Shown here: positions 34,613-46,200 of the stretch, piece after piece
How positions within the stretch are numbered: position 1 is the stretch's first letter
How the letters are laid out: each line of letters opens with the position of its first letter
From: Macrostomum lignano
Taxonomy: Eukaryota
Assembly (NCBI GenBank): GCA_002269645.1
Contig: NIVC01001174.1
Span: 75,087-139,086 of the forward strand
Length of the DNA: 64,000 nt
Direction of reading: 5' to 3'
The notes under the pieces: generated by a model
What the model saw: the letters and a program-made list of their open reading frames with translations, nothing else
What the model was told of the DNA's origin: nothing
The model's database searches: none
Translations under genes and position numbers: made by a program

Positions 34613-37007
34613 CTACATATAATAAAAAATTCCGGCTCTACCCTTCTGTACCTGTCTGTCTGTATGTACATTGCTATGGACTCCCAAACCAGAAGCTGTA
34701 GGCATGCGAATTGTAAATTTTGCCTGCATTTTCTGGCTCACTCATTTCCCTAAAGCAAGAGTCGTTTGCCAACGATATTAAATTTCCTGGAAATTCACTG
34801 TACATTAACAACTTTAATATACACGAATTTCTTGGAAACTGTTTTTAAATCAAATTAAATGATCATAGAAGACGAGACGAGATCATGGGCTTCTTTTTGT
34901 AGCGGATAAATTGATTAAATCTACAAGCTAGCAGCCGATTCTTCCCTTAGCGGACTTTGCAGATTTGGTATATTTAGATAGATGGTTGATCTGATGCTTA
35001 ATTTTGATGCGTCTAGCACTTTGATGAGACAGCTCTAAAGGGCCCGCGAGAAGCGGAGCGAAGACGCAGAAGCGAAGGGAGAGAGCGGCCGCTGACTGCA
35101 AGTGTATATTTAGAGTAAACAAGATAACACCACCCCTAATCCAAAACCCAGACAACCCCCCACGCGCAATGTACATGTACACATTAATGGATAATATATA
35201 TCGTGCAAGAATACCATAACGTCAGTACATGTACATAGATAGAACTACTTTACGAGAAATAATAACGATATGAATGAAATACAAAAAATAAAATAAATAC
35301 ATACGAGGCTACAAAAAACGAAACATTAAACAGTAATATAAGCGCGATAATAATACGTATAGAATATTGCTAAAATAAATTAAAGAACACAAGTAGTACG
35401 GCGTGCATGTGAGATCAGGAAATGCGATACATATATGCTTCTACGAATTGCACTGTCACCAGGTGTATCACAATATAGCTCGTAATAAAAGAGTCTAAAA
35501 ATATTCTCTCTCTCTTCTCTCTCTCTCTCTCTCTCTGGATAAAAATGAGTACACACAGTGTGGCGGCTTACATTCGTACAGTAAAGAAGCATAGCAAAAA
35601 ACATTATTGGGGTAGAAAGTCGAGAAGTAGCTAAGGGAAGAGTGGCGGGTTTTTTACTTTATCGGCGCGTGAGCTGTCAAAAGTCTCTTCTTCTAAAGTC
35701 TCAGTCGTTAATGTGTCTCCTGCACCGATGTTCCCAGCGCTATTCTCGGAACAGTCACAAGAGCTCCAAAAAACACCCAGTTTTCCTATAAAAATCCAAT
35801 ACTTTTGTCCAGTTGAATTGTCCATTTACCATGGACTTGAAATGAACTTATTTTTTATCAACAAAATATCAAACTTTGCGAGCACCGGCCTAGTTTTTTC
35901 AACAATTTCCTGTAAATCCTTTTTTCATAAGCTGATGCTGTATATTTCATACAGAAAATACTAGACAGAGTAACAATTGCCCATGCGCTGTGCCACACTT
36001 CCCTGCGTTGCAACCTACCCAGAGCAGTATTGAATCCCCCTGGGTCCTTTCCTTCGGTGCCAAATTATTGATTTGATTCTTCTCGATGTCCCCACATGCC
36101 CGGACTGAGTTGGAAGAGGGCTGTGAGAGCGGGAGCGGTCGACCCGCCTAGCTCGTAATCCCGCATCTCTCTGACATCCACAGCCTCAGCCCGCCTTTCT
36201 GTCCTCCCCGCCTCTATACCCTGGGACTCAAAAATAGCAACACTGGACTGGAAACTCCCCGCACGCATTAAACTTAGGGTAGCATTTTACGAGTATCCCT
36301 CAGAAGGTTTTTACGAGAGTAATTGTAAACGCCAACAGCATACAAAAGCGGTTCGTTTGGAGACTTTGCTGCTACTGCGGATATCGTGCGAAGTTCCAAC
36401 ATATTCTTGAACTCTCCATGAAATGATCATAAAAATCATAAATCATAAACAAGCTAGCCATTGCTGCTTTCAAGTTCAGGGCGGCCTTCGCTGTCAGGGC
36501 CGCTTGAAGTCCCAATTCTCTTGCGGGTTATATGGACCTCAGCGGCGATCAGACAGGAGACAAATGGGATCTCAAAATTTCAGCTGGAACTTATGAACAA
36601 CTTTGGTGTTAAAAATCAAATCAACCTGGACCAACTAGAAGTCTCTGAAGTCGAGTTTACTTGATATACGTATTTTTTTTACAATGGCTTACTTCACTTT
36701 GAGATCACACTCTACTCATTCTCATGCTTATTTGTTCGAAATTATTTGCGCTCTTAACCATTTATGGTTTTATAATAACCCATAAATAACCAATGTAATA
36801 ACCCATAACCCAGAAAGTCCCATATTATAGCAGTAAATATGACCCCAAACTGCAGCTAGACTGCTCTCAAACTGCTGTCCCACTTCCGCATGTACCTAAG
36901 GAATTTGCATGTAGTTGACCCTGATTCACTGACGTCATTTCGACAGTCAGATTCCATCAACCTATTTATTGCATTTTGATCACACTGCGGTGACACTGCT
37001 GTCTCAC

Positions 37008-37196
37008 TGTAACGCGAGGTATTTGGCAGTGTAGAAAACTCAACGAAGGCCCCGTGGGGCAGTGATGGCTATTTTATGCGAGTCAATGATGTACATACTG
37101 AGAGCGAACGTACATTACAATTATTCAGCAAAATATTTGTCAATACGATATCAGTTCAAGAATTCTGCCAATAAGGCGAGGAATAAAACAATTAAA
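37008..37196 (-). repeat. 3' LTR of Gypsy element
   Basis: About 95% identical to 40172-40361; adjacent minus-strand polypurine tract GGGGAGGAGAAA at 37208-37197. Confidence 0.92.
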
Positions 37197-37431
37197 TTTC
37201 TCCTCCCCGAAACAAGTTTAAAAAACGGAGGAAATTAAAACACGTCAGCAATGAATCCTAAAATTGAAACGCAGAACCTTTTAAAAAGCATGCATTCATG
37301 GTCTCTGACAGCCCATCAGTGCTCACACCAAAGAAGTCCGGAGGCCGTCGCTCCCGCTCCGGGTACCGCCGCTCGGCCTGGCTGGGCTCCGGCGCAAACT
37401 GGTAGGTCACCGGCTGCTGGCGGAGCTGGTC

Positions 37432-38547
37432 CTAGTCGGGCTGGGCTGCGAACCGCCTGCGCAGCCGGTTCACGTGCACCCAGCGGACCGGCCGGCTGCC
37501 GAAAGCACGGCGGATGCACACCGAGTGGCCGCGCTGCTCAAGCACCGTCCAGTCCGGCTCCCAGTAGGGCACCAGCTTCGAGCGCCGCATCTCGATGCTG
37601 AGCAGCACCTCGGCGCCTTGCGGGAACTGCGGCAGGTCAGACGCCTTCTTGTCGTGAGCCGCTTTCTGCTGCTGCCCGGCGGCTACCAGGTTCTCCTCGA
37701 CGAACTCGCGGATCCGGGCCAGCCGCCGCTCCAGCTGTGCCGAGTAGGTGCCGATGTCGAACTGCCGCTCGCTGCTCTGAAACTGCGGCGGGAGCTGCGG
37801 GTCGCGGCCGGTCATCACCGTCAGCGGCGCCACCTTGGTTGAGCTGTGGACCTTGGAGTTGTAGGACAGGACCACCAGCGGCAGCTGCTCCTCCCAGCTG
37901 GACTCGGTCTCGGCGAACAGCCGCAGCAGCTGCAGCAGCGACTTGTTGCCGCGCTCCACCAGTCCATTTCCCTGCGGATGGTACGGCATGGTGCGCGTCT
38001 TCTTGATGCCCAGTGCTCGCAGCGTCTCCTGGAACAGCTCGCTCTCGAATTTCGCGCCCTGGTCCGAGTGGATGACGGACGGGACTCCGAGCAGGGAGAA
38101 GACATTCGCTGCAGCGTCCACAATGGTCTTGGCGGTCTGATCTGGCATCGGCACAACCGTCAGGAACTTGGAGAACTGGTCCTGCATCACCAGCAGGTAG
38201 CTGTTGCCTCGGTCTGATGTCGGCACCTTCAGCACGTCGATCGCCACCGTCTGCCAGGGCTTGCCGATCGGCATCTCACCGAGTGGGGCTGCGGGCCGGT
38301 GCTGCGCCTTTTTCAGCTGGCAGGTCTGGCACTCTTGGCAGAAACTCACCGCGTCGCTCTGCAGCCCAGGCCAGTACGCGGTCTGCTTCAGCGTGTCGGC
38401 CATTTTCTCCGGTCCGAAGTGGCCGCCGATGCCCTCGTGAAAGTCAGTGAGGAACTGGAGCCACAGCGACTCCGGAATCATGGGCACCTCCCTCGGTCCC
38501 GCAGCGTCGTTGAAGGCGCGACAGAGAAGGCCATCTTGAATCCGCAA
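37432..38547 (-). CDS. Gypsy integrase (HHCC Zn finger + DDE core)
   Basis: HEGIGGH...CQECQTC, VAIDVL, IHSDQGAKFES, YHPQGNGLVERGN. Confidence 0.93.
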   Translation of the reverse strand: MRIQDGLLCRAFNDAAGPREVPMIPESLWLQFLTDFHEGIGGHFGPEKMADTLKQTAYWPGLQSDAVSFCQECQTCQLKKAQHRPAAPLGEMPIGKPWQTVAIDVLKVPTSDRGNSYLLVMQDQFSKFLTVVPMPDQTAKTIVDAAANVFSLLGVPSVIHSDQGAKFESELFQETLRALGIKKTRTMPYHPQGNGLVERGNKSLLQLLRLFAETESSWEEQLPLVVLSYNSKVHSSTKVAPLTVMTGRDPQLPPQFQSSERQFDIGTYSAQLERRLARIREFVEENLVAAGQQQKAAHDKKASDLPQFPQGAEVLLSIEMRRSKLVPYWEPDWTVLEQRGHSVCIRRAFGSRPVRWVHVNRLRRRFAAQPD

Positions 38548-38722
38548 CTTCCGCCAGTTGCGGCTGAGGTGTCGCAGTCCGCTGTCCGACCATCTTGGCG
38601 GAGTCGTGCTGTCGTTCTCCAGTGCATCGATGACCAGCTTGAGCTTCGGATCAGCTTGTTCACCTCGGGCTCCCAGTGCACCGGCAGCTTCCTTGGCGAG
38701 GTCCGCACCGGGACATCGTCGA

Positions 38723-39346
38723 TCAGGGGATGCTGTGCTCGTTGCGATCTGTCCGCCCCGGCCGCCTTGAGAAGATTTCGCTGAACTCGTGCACCAGGGC
38801 TCGGATGTCTGGGTCCTTTACCACAGGAAGGTCGACCTCTTCTTTGCTGAAATCCGGCACCAGCTTCTCTTCGAGGTCCTCCAGCTGGCTGTCAGCGTTA
38901 AGGTGGCTCACGCCGTCTATCGCGCACGAGCTCCTTGGTGGTGCCTCTGTGTGGTCGCTGAAGTCCAGGCAAATTTTGCTAGCCTTGATGAAGTCCAGCC
39001 CGATGATGACGGCGGCTACCAGGCCTTCCGACACGTAGAATGGATGCCGCCGCTCGATGCCGCCGAGCGACACCGCCAGGCTGGCCACCTGCCGCACCGG
39101 CACCGCCTGCTGGTTGACTGCCCGCAGCTCCAGGTGCACGCTCTCCAGCTGAACTGGCTGTATCCTCTGCAGGACCCGCTTGTCCACGATTGACACCTGG
39201 CTGCCAGAGTCGATTAGCGCCGTGACGTCCGCACCTCCGATCCTGCACTGCAGCTTGGATGTCGACGGATTCGGCCTGATGACGACAGCTGCTGCGCTGC
39301 TGCTGGCTGCACCGCCCCCCTCTGCGCCCCGGAACAACCCACTCAC
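38723..39346 (-). CDS. Gypsy aspartic protease (start of pol)
   Basis: VTALIDSGSQVS catalytic motif and IIGLDF motif. Confidence 0.88.
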   Translation of the reverse strand: MSGLFRGAEGGGAASSSAAAVVIRPNPSTSKLQCRIGGADVTALIDSGSQVSIVDKRVLQRIQPVQLESVHLELRAVNQQAVPVRQVASLAVSLGGIERRHPFYVSEGLVAAVIIGLDFIKASKICLDFSDHTEAPPRSSCAIDGVSHLNADSQLEDLEEKLVPDFSKEEVDLPVVKDPDIRALVHEFSEIFSRRPGRTDRNEHSIP

Positions 39347-39360
39347 GCTGGGGCCCGTGC

Positions 39361-40170
39361 TCAGAACTGGGCAGGGGTGCGGGCTCTGCCCCGGCCTGTG
39401 CCGTTTCCTGACGGCTGCTTGTAGTTCCTGGCGATGTGGCCGCGGCGATTGCAGTTCCAGCAGGTCACCTCACGCCGTCTCCTTGCACTGCGAACCGCGC
39501 AGGAGTCCGAGGCCTCCGAGCCCAGCTTCGCCGCCAGATCTTGGACCGTCGACTGCAGCGAGCTGACCGTAGCCCTCAGATCTGCCGTCTCGGCGCTGCC
39601 GCAAGCAGTTCCGGCTGCGGCCGCAAGAGGCTGCCGGCTTCCATCCGTGGTGGCAGAATGCAGCTCCAGCAGCAGTTGTGCCCGCGCAAGAGCGTCACTC
39701 GCCGTCTTGACTGTCACGTCGGCTCTGATCTGCCTGCTGACATCCGCCGGCAGTCCGCGGATTAAGTGATGGGTCAGCATGGTGTCCGCGGCATCCTTGT
39801 TGCTGATGCCAGCGTCCTTGAGCAGCTGCTTCAGGTGGTATAGGAACAGCCGAGGAGGTTCACCAGGAAGCAGCTTCCGGCTCTCGAATGCCTCCAGCGC
39901 TGAGAAGTGCTGGCTGTCTGGGTGGAAAGCCTCGGTTAATGCTTTGGTCACCTGACTGTAGTCGCTCTTGCCCTTGTCGCCGAGCTCAAGGAAGACCGCC
40001 AGAGCCTCGCCATCCAGAAACGTTGGCAGATGCAAGTGCTTGTCGTTCGTCCACTTGTTGGCTGCCGCACACAGCTCAAACCGCTGCAGCCATTCACTAA
40101 AGTTGCCAGAGCTAAAAGTTCCCGGAATTGCGCGGTGGCTGCCCTCTGCCATTCTGAGCTCTGCTACCAC
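39361..40170 (-). CDS. Gypsy Gag with degenerate CCHC knuckle
   Basis: WLQRFELCAAANKW..LPTFLDGEA gag-like N-terminus; CWNCNRRGHIARNY (last Cys replaced by Tyr). Confidence 0.85.
   Translation of the reverse strand: MVAELRMAEGSHRAIPGTFSSGNFSEWLQRFELCAAANKWTNDKHLHLPTFLDGEALAVFLELGDKGKSDYSQVTKALTEAFHPDSQHFSALEAFESRKLLPGEPPRLFLYHLKQLLKDAGISNKDAADTMLTHHLIRGLPADVSRQIRADVTVKTASDALARAQLLLELHSATTDGSRQPLAAAAGTACGSAETADLRATVSSLQSTVQDLAAKLGSEASDSCAVRSARRRREVTCWNCNRRGHIARNYKQPSGNGTGRGRARTPAQF
40158..40169 (-). promoter_or_regulatory. Primer-binding site, tRNA-iMet-like
   Basis: TGGTAGCAGAGC lies 2 nt inside the 5' LTR and is complementary to the animal initiator tRNA-Met 3' end (reference from memory). 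Confidence 0.75.
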
Positions 40171-40171
40171 T

Positions 40172-40361
40172 TGTAACGCGCGGTATTTGGCAGTGTAGAA
40201 AAATCAACGAAGGTCCCGTGGGGCAGTGATGGCTATATTTATGCGAGTCAACGATGTACATACTGAGAGCGAACGTGCATTACAATTATTTAGCAAAATA
40301 TTTGTCAATACGATATCAGTTCAAGAATTCTGCCAATAAGGCGAGGAATAAAACCATTACA
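40172..40361 (-). repeat. 5' LTR of Gypsy element
   Basis: TG...CA termini, 190 bp. Confidence 0.92.
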
Positions 40362-41115
40362 TTACTGCGGTGACACTGCTGTCTCACTGCGGTAACAATG
40401 CTGTCTCACTGCGGTAACAATGCTGTCTCACTGCGGTAACAATGCTGTCTCACTGCGGTAACAATGCTGTCTCACTGCGGTAACAATGCTGTCTCACTGC
40501 GGTAACAATGCTGTCTCACTGCGGTAACAATGCTGTCTCACTGCGGTAACAATGCTGTCTCACTGCGGTAACAATGCTGTCTCACTGCGGTAACAATGCT
40601 GTCTCACTGCGGTAACAATGCTGTCTCACTGCGGTAACAATGCTGTCTCACTGCGGTAACAATGCTGTCTCACTGCGGTAACAATGCTGTCTCACTGCGG
40701 TAACAATGCTGTCTCACTGCGGTAACAATGCTGTCTCACTGCGGTAACAATGCTGTCTCACTGCGGTAACAATGCTGTCTCACTGCGGTAACAATGCTGT
40801 CTCACTGCGGTAACAATGCTGTCTCACTGCGGTAACAATGCTGTCTCACTGCGGTAACAATGCTGTCTCACTGCGGTAACAATGCTGTCTCACTGCGGTA
40901 ACAATGCTGTCTCACTGCGGTAACAATGCTGTCTCACTGCGGTAACAATGCTGTCTCACTGCGGTAACAATGCTGTCTCACTGCGGTAACAATGCTGTCT
41001 CACTGCGGTAACAATGCTGTCTCACTGCGGTAACAATGCTGTCTCACTGCGGTAACAATGCTGTCTCACTGCGGTAACAATGCTGTCTCACTGCGGTAAC
41101 AATGCTGTCTCACTG
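40362..41115. repeat. 22-bp satellite (GCTGTCTCACTGCGGTAACAAT)n, about 33 near-perfect units
   Basis: Seen directly. Confidence 0.98.
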
Positions 41116-41985
41116 TTTGTACCGTTGAGCAATCATTGTTGCGAATAAGAAATGGAGACTACGTAATATAATATACAAACAATAAGAAACATTTAGACAA
41201 AATGACGAAAAAATCGCTTAAAACCGACGGTTGACCAAGAGTTAAGGCTTGTGACGCTTCAAAAAAAACACACTGAATCGATTTTATTGAAAGTTTATTA
41301 GTGCAACATGGTAGAGGAATATTTGCGTAAATATAGCCATTGTGCTGAAGCACAAGAAAAAAACTGGATAAAAACTTTATTGGATAAATATAGTTCACAC
41401 TGGACAGAGAAATTAGCGGCTAATGACGTGTTAGAGAGCCAACCGCTGAAGCCATGACAGCACAGAATGATAAGCAGAGCGGGGTGAATTAGTACTGAAA
41501 CCATAAGCTTACCTACAAACAGTCCTTTTACGAAGTAATAAAACTTTGACAACCTTGGAATTATAAATTCAAAATTAAAACATAAACAGCATACCACTCG
41601 AATTTGCAGTACACACACAGTAGCAGTTATTACAAACAAAAGGTTTTCACTTTTACTACAATATTTTAGTAACGATTTCAAACTTTATCTTTAAATATTT
41701 TCAAAAGGTCATTCTATGAACTCGGTGGTGAGCAATAAATGGGTGAATTAAAGATATAGTAGAAAAAACTACTCATGCCAGACTCGACTGCTGTCACTGT
41801 TCGGTCAATTGGTTGTTGGCCGTCCCAAACTTATTTTAAACCTCAAAATACTGCAGTCTGAGAGAACTACCCAATTAGGAATTAGTTCCGGAAAGCATAA
41901 ATGCTATTATTAGTAATAGCTAATATAGTTTATAACCTATTAACTAATGACTAAGCGTAGGGTCTTGAATATTTTAGGTCTTTTG

Positions 41986-42739
41986 AATATAGCTTTTTGC
42001 AGCCCATTTGGGCTTACGCGCATCGAATTTAATCCAAGATATGTTTGTCAAAGTAATGGAGCTTTTGTCTATGGTAGCAAGGCCGGCACAGCGGCATTTA
42101 ATTTAGTCCAACAAGCATCAAGTTGGTCCATTCAGTTCATTTGCAGCTCAGTCCCAGAATTGTGGACCATATGCTAGGCTATTGAACGAATGTCATTGGC
42201 TTGTGATCGAAGCACTCGACTGAGGTGAACACCCAAAGGACATTGCAAGGTTGCTGATTGTAAAAGAAAATGTGGTTTACAGCATCCAGCAGCGCCTTGA
42301 AACTCTGCCGGCAGAGATTGCCTGCGAAAGGGTGGCCATCGCCAAGGAAAGTTGCTCGAGAGCCTCAGGTCCAACTGCTACTCGATGCAGTGGAGACGAA
42401 CCTTTTGTTGACGTTTCAGAAAATGCAGCAGAAGTTGAGGGAACAGCTCCAGTTGGTTATCAGATTTCGACTATCAGCAGAGCTCTGGAAAAGCAACTGA
42501 AAATTTTTGTTAGAGACGCTGACATTCCAGCGGTGCGCAACAACCTGTAGACGGTTGAGAGAAGGCAAGAGTTTGTCCAATGGCTCACGAGTGTTTGGAC
42601 CAAATGGATGCTTGTTGGACCAAATCAATGCCGCTGCGCCAGCCCCGCTACCATAGACAAAAACTCCGTTACATTGGCAAATGTATCTTGGATTAAATTA
42701 AATGCGCGTAAGCCCAAATGGGCTGCAAAATGCCATATT
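41986..42739 (+). mobile_element. Internally deleted Tc1/mariner (IS630-like) DNA transposon with about 113-bp imperfect TIRs
   Basis: 41986-42098 is an inverted match to 42627-42739. Interior encodes HTH-like relics (LVIEALD*GEHPKDIARLLIVKENVVYSI; ISTISRALEKQL..RRQEFVQW). Absent from the paralogous flank near 58690. Confidence 0.75.
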
Positions 42740-43220
42740 ATGTGTAACAGTAGTCGCTTGAGTGAAGAGCATAGCATAAGAAATCACTAGAGATTAGAAA
42801 CAAGTATCCGCATGTATATACAAACAGACAGTAGATAACTGAACGGACAACTGACAGGCACATTTTCAATGACAGGCACCTCACTCCACACGTATCAATA
42901 GCTTTCCTGCTTAGTTGCGTCCAAAAACTCATTGCTCACCCCTCGCAGTTGGTGTATCAGATAGGGATGAATAAACAGAGATGTCTCTAAACACTAATTT
43001 TTCTTTTAAACGGTTGTAACAACCTGTGATTTTAACTAGACATGTCTCCTCTGCAGCTGTTCACTGTCTTAAACTCTGTTGAATCGCAAGTGCTCCTTCG
43101 AATCCAACAAGAAACGCATGAAAACAAAAAGCAAAAAAGATTTTCACTACTGCATCGCGCTACACGCGCAAACCAGTTGTCTGCAGAAAAACAAAGCCAA
43201 CTCCAAGTCACTCACTCGAG

Positions 43221-46200
43221 TCACTCGGAAAACTCGGACGAGACGCACCGTTCGACGCCTTTCGCTCCCTGCAGAGCCCGCGCCGCCTGCTCCGCTCCGA
43301 AGACCTCCGACGGAACCCGCGGTCGGCTGCGGTCGCTCGGGTAGCGACAGTCGTCCACCATGGCGCCCGCCAGGTCGGCAACGTGACCGGCCAGGCTGCT
43401 CTGCAGGTCGCTGCTCGAGACGCAGCTCAGATGCTGGCTCAGCTGGTGGCTGCGCTCGATGGGCTGACCCTGTCTCAGCAGCAATGCCTTCAGCGCCTTC
43501 TCAGTAGCCTGCCAGCTGATGTAGCAGGCCCAGTTGTACTCTCCGGCCTCAGCCAATCGGGATGCCGAGCGCAGGTCGTGCCGCGCCGTCTTCAAGTACC
43601 TCGTCGCATCTTCACGCGACGGTCTGGAGAAGTTCGCGCCACCTGAACTGCAGAAAAAGCTGGCAGAACCGCCGCCTCTCGAACTGCCAGACCGGCCAGG
43701 GTAGCGGAAAGCGCAGCCACCGCCGCCGCCGCCACCGCTCCAGCCTCCTCTTGATCGCATGGTGACGACAACTTCCTCTGCGATGCGAATCTGCCGGTAC
43801 CTGGTAACCCGAGTTGTCTGCTCGCGCCATCCACCAATGCACTGATCGAACTGTCGGGTCCATACATGATTAGCAGCGCGAGTTCGCACCTGGTTGAATG
43901 ACTCATCCGAGTTCGAGTAGTGAGCCAGTATGCGCTGAAAAATCTGATGCTGCTGCTTTGTCGGCAGGGAAGCTGCGCTGCTCAGCAGATGATCCACCGT
44001 TGTTGCAACGTCCTCACCATTATTTTGGTTAGCTTGGGCGAAAGACCGCTCTTCAAAGGAGAAAAGCGCAGACATTGAAACTCTTAGTTTTGAGCCTCCA
44101 CCGAATTCAATAGTAAACTCGCTAGTCCACGGGTTATCGCTGCCACCAGGGTGTCTTTCCACTACCCGAGCGTAAACAAGTCTTCCATCGCCATTTCTGT
44201 AAGCCACAATTCGGTTCACAATGTCCCTTGGTCTATCCGGCAGTTGCTTCAGTATACACTGCTCAAACTCCGGTACAGGTTCACCGAGCATTGAGTCATC
44301 GGTTGCGCTTGGCTCTGCAAAATGCTGCTCACTGGTCTGGTGCAGTGCAATTCCTAGTCCGTGCAGAACGGCTAGCATGCTGTCTGGACTGTCCATAAGA
44401 AGCACCTGAATTAAACAACTTTTCTGCTCTGGCAAAATGTTGACACCGTTATTCAAAACCTGCATTATAATTTTGATAAATTCCATCTGCCACAGCTGCC
44501 TTCGGTCACCGCTCATCTCGTCCGGAATCGTAGAGTGATTCATGAGAATCCGCTGCCCATCCAGAAAGAAGTTCTTGTCCTGCCCCGAGTCCTGATGCTC
44601 GACACCATCCAGAAGCAGGCACGTACGCAACTCGGAAAGACACACAACCGAGAAGCGAGATATCAGAGATTTCACTGCAGCCAGTCGCTCGTCTCCTTTG
44701 CCAGAAAGATCCTTGTTGCCATGCAGCATGATGCTTACGATGCACAGGTGCAGCACTGGGTGGCTCAACTTAGCTTGCAGACCGAGTAGGGACTCACAGC
44801 GCTCACCATCGCTGCACAACTTATTGGTGTCTGAAAGCAGCCTCTCGCTTACGTTGTCGCTCAGTTTCTTCAGGCCCATGTCGGCTGCGAGATGAAAGTA
44901 CAGCCTCTGAAGCTTGTCAGTGCCCAGCTTGCAGAAGCTCAGATCAAGGAACTCTACATCCTGTGCGTCCACCAATCGATTGTTGTGCACCTCTGAGTCG
45001 TTGATGGTCAGACACCTGCAGTCTACCAGTTCGAAAGCGGCTTCCGTGCTGCTGTCTTGATGCTGACTTCTTTTAGGCAGGAAGAGCACTCTGTCGGACT
45101 GGAACTGGAGCCTGCCGCCCCGCTCCAGCAGCACTATGATACTCGATAGACAGTGCGAAACTGAGTTCAGCTGCTCTGCACGAAGCGAGCCTTGCTGCTC
45201 ATTCCGAATCAGTTCCAATGCAAGTCGAAGTTGCTCGATTGTGGCAGACTTTGTAGCTCCCAGTTTTGCAAACAGCTTGCGGAACTGTGAAAATTCTTGA
45301 GGACACTCGTAGATGTAAGGCAGAATAGCAGAGTTTTTATCGTGAGTAATTCTGCTAGCTGATATAAAAAATGATTTACATGTATAGCCTTCGGTTTTGA
45401 TTAGCACACACGGAATATCTTTCAGAAATTTAATTGACTGAAATGCCGTAAAAAGCATAATGGTACTCAGCCTTGAGTACACGGAATTCATGACATGACT
45501 TCTCAGTGCTGCAACTTCGCTTCGAAGATCAGCTGACGTGAAGGTCGCTGCAGAGAAAAGGTTGACAACGTGGCGCAGAAAAATGGCATCAGAAACTGGC
45601 ATCGCTGAGCTTGCAAAGCAGATGCCCTGGCCAACACAGCTCGGTCCGTAGGGCACGGCCGTCCAGCAGAGGAAGCGAGCCTCGAACAGGGCGCACTGGG
45701 ACAGACTCGCCATTCGAAGTCGTTCGCTCTGACAAAGCCTCTGAAGAGCGCCGTCACTGTTGGCTACAATAAATTGAATTCCTGCCAGTTGTCGGACTAC
45801 ATGTTCGGTTATCTCTTTGCGGAATTTATAGCTGTCGATAAACTTGATCAGAGCTTCCGATTTCTTAGATAATTCATCTGTGATACCACTGGCTCCTTCT
45901 GTTTGCAGCTCACTGGCGAAGCTGATGGCAATTGCGGCCGTGCATTCCAAGATTAGACCGGAAAATTTCATCAGCGTTCTCCATCGCTCTTCATTGTACG
46001 GCGTTGGCAAGAAAAATTGTGGCTGAAGTAGCTTCTGAAAAATGTTTACTCTGCTATCATAAAACGTGTTGACGCTCCGCCATTGTCCGTCAAACGGAAT
46101 GAGTTTGGCTGTGCTGAGAGACTGACTGAGCATTTGAAACTTGTCAGGGTCCTCCACTTGAACTCTTTCGAACTTCCAGCTCAGCTTTAGAAGTTTTTCG

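Larger units (their letters stand above)
37008..40361 (-). mobile_element. Ty3/Gypsy LTR retrotransposon, non-autonomous (gag-PR-IN, no RT/RNase H), 3354 bp
   Basis: Direct LTRs 37008-37196 and 40172-40361; PBS and PPT adjacent to the LTRs; candidate 4-bp TSD TCAC/TTAC; gag, protease and integrase ORFs. Confidence 0.93.
33880..43220. repeat. Intergenic part of tandem segmental duplication unit 1 (paralogous to 53380-59318)
   Basis: Ordered homologous blocks: 33880-34400~53380-53930, 34660-34840~53940-54180, 36240-36760~55555-57070, 36815-37007~57895-58088, 41640-41985~58370-58685, 42760-43220~58715-59318. Confidence 0.85.

Noticed and set aside
37474-39769. Multiple 100-160-aa plus-strand ORFs
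   Set aside because: Antisense shadows of GC-rich Gypsy coding sequence; the same applies to shadow ORFs over the sacsin genes.
40362-41115. Regular repeat array resembling CRISPR or a telomere
   Set aside because: Contiguous identical 22-bp units with no unique spacers; eukaryotic context, no cas genes, not a telomeric motif.
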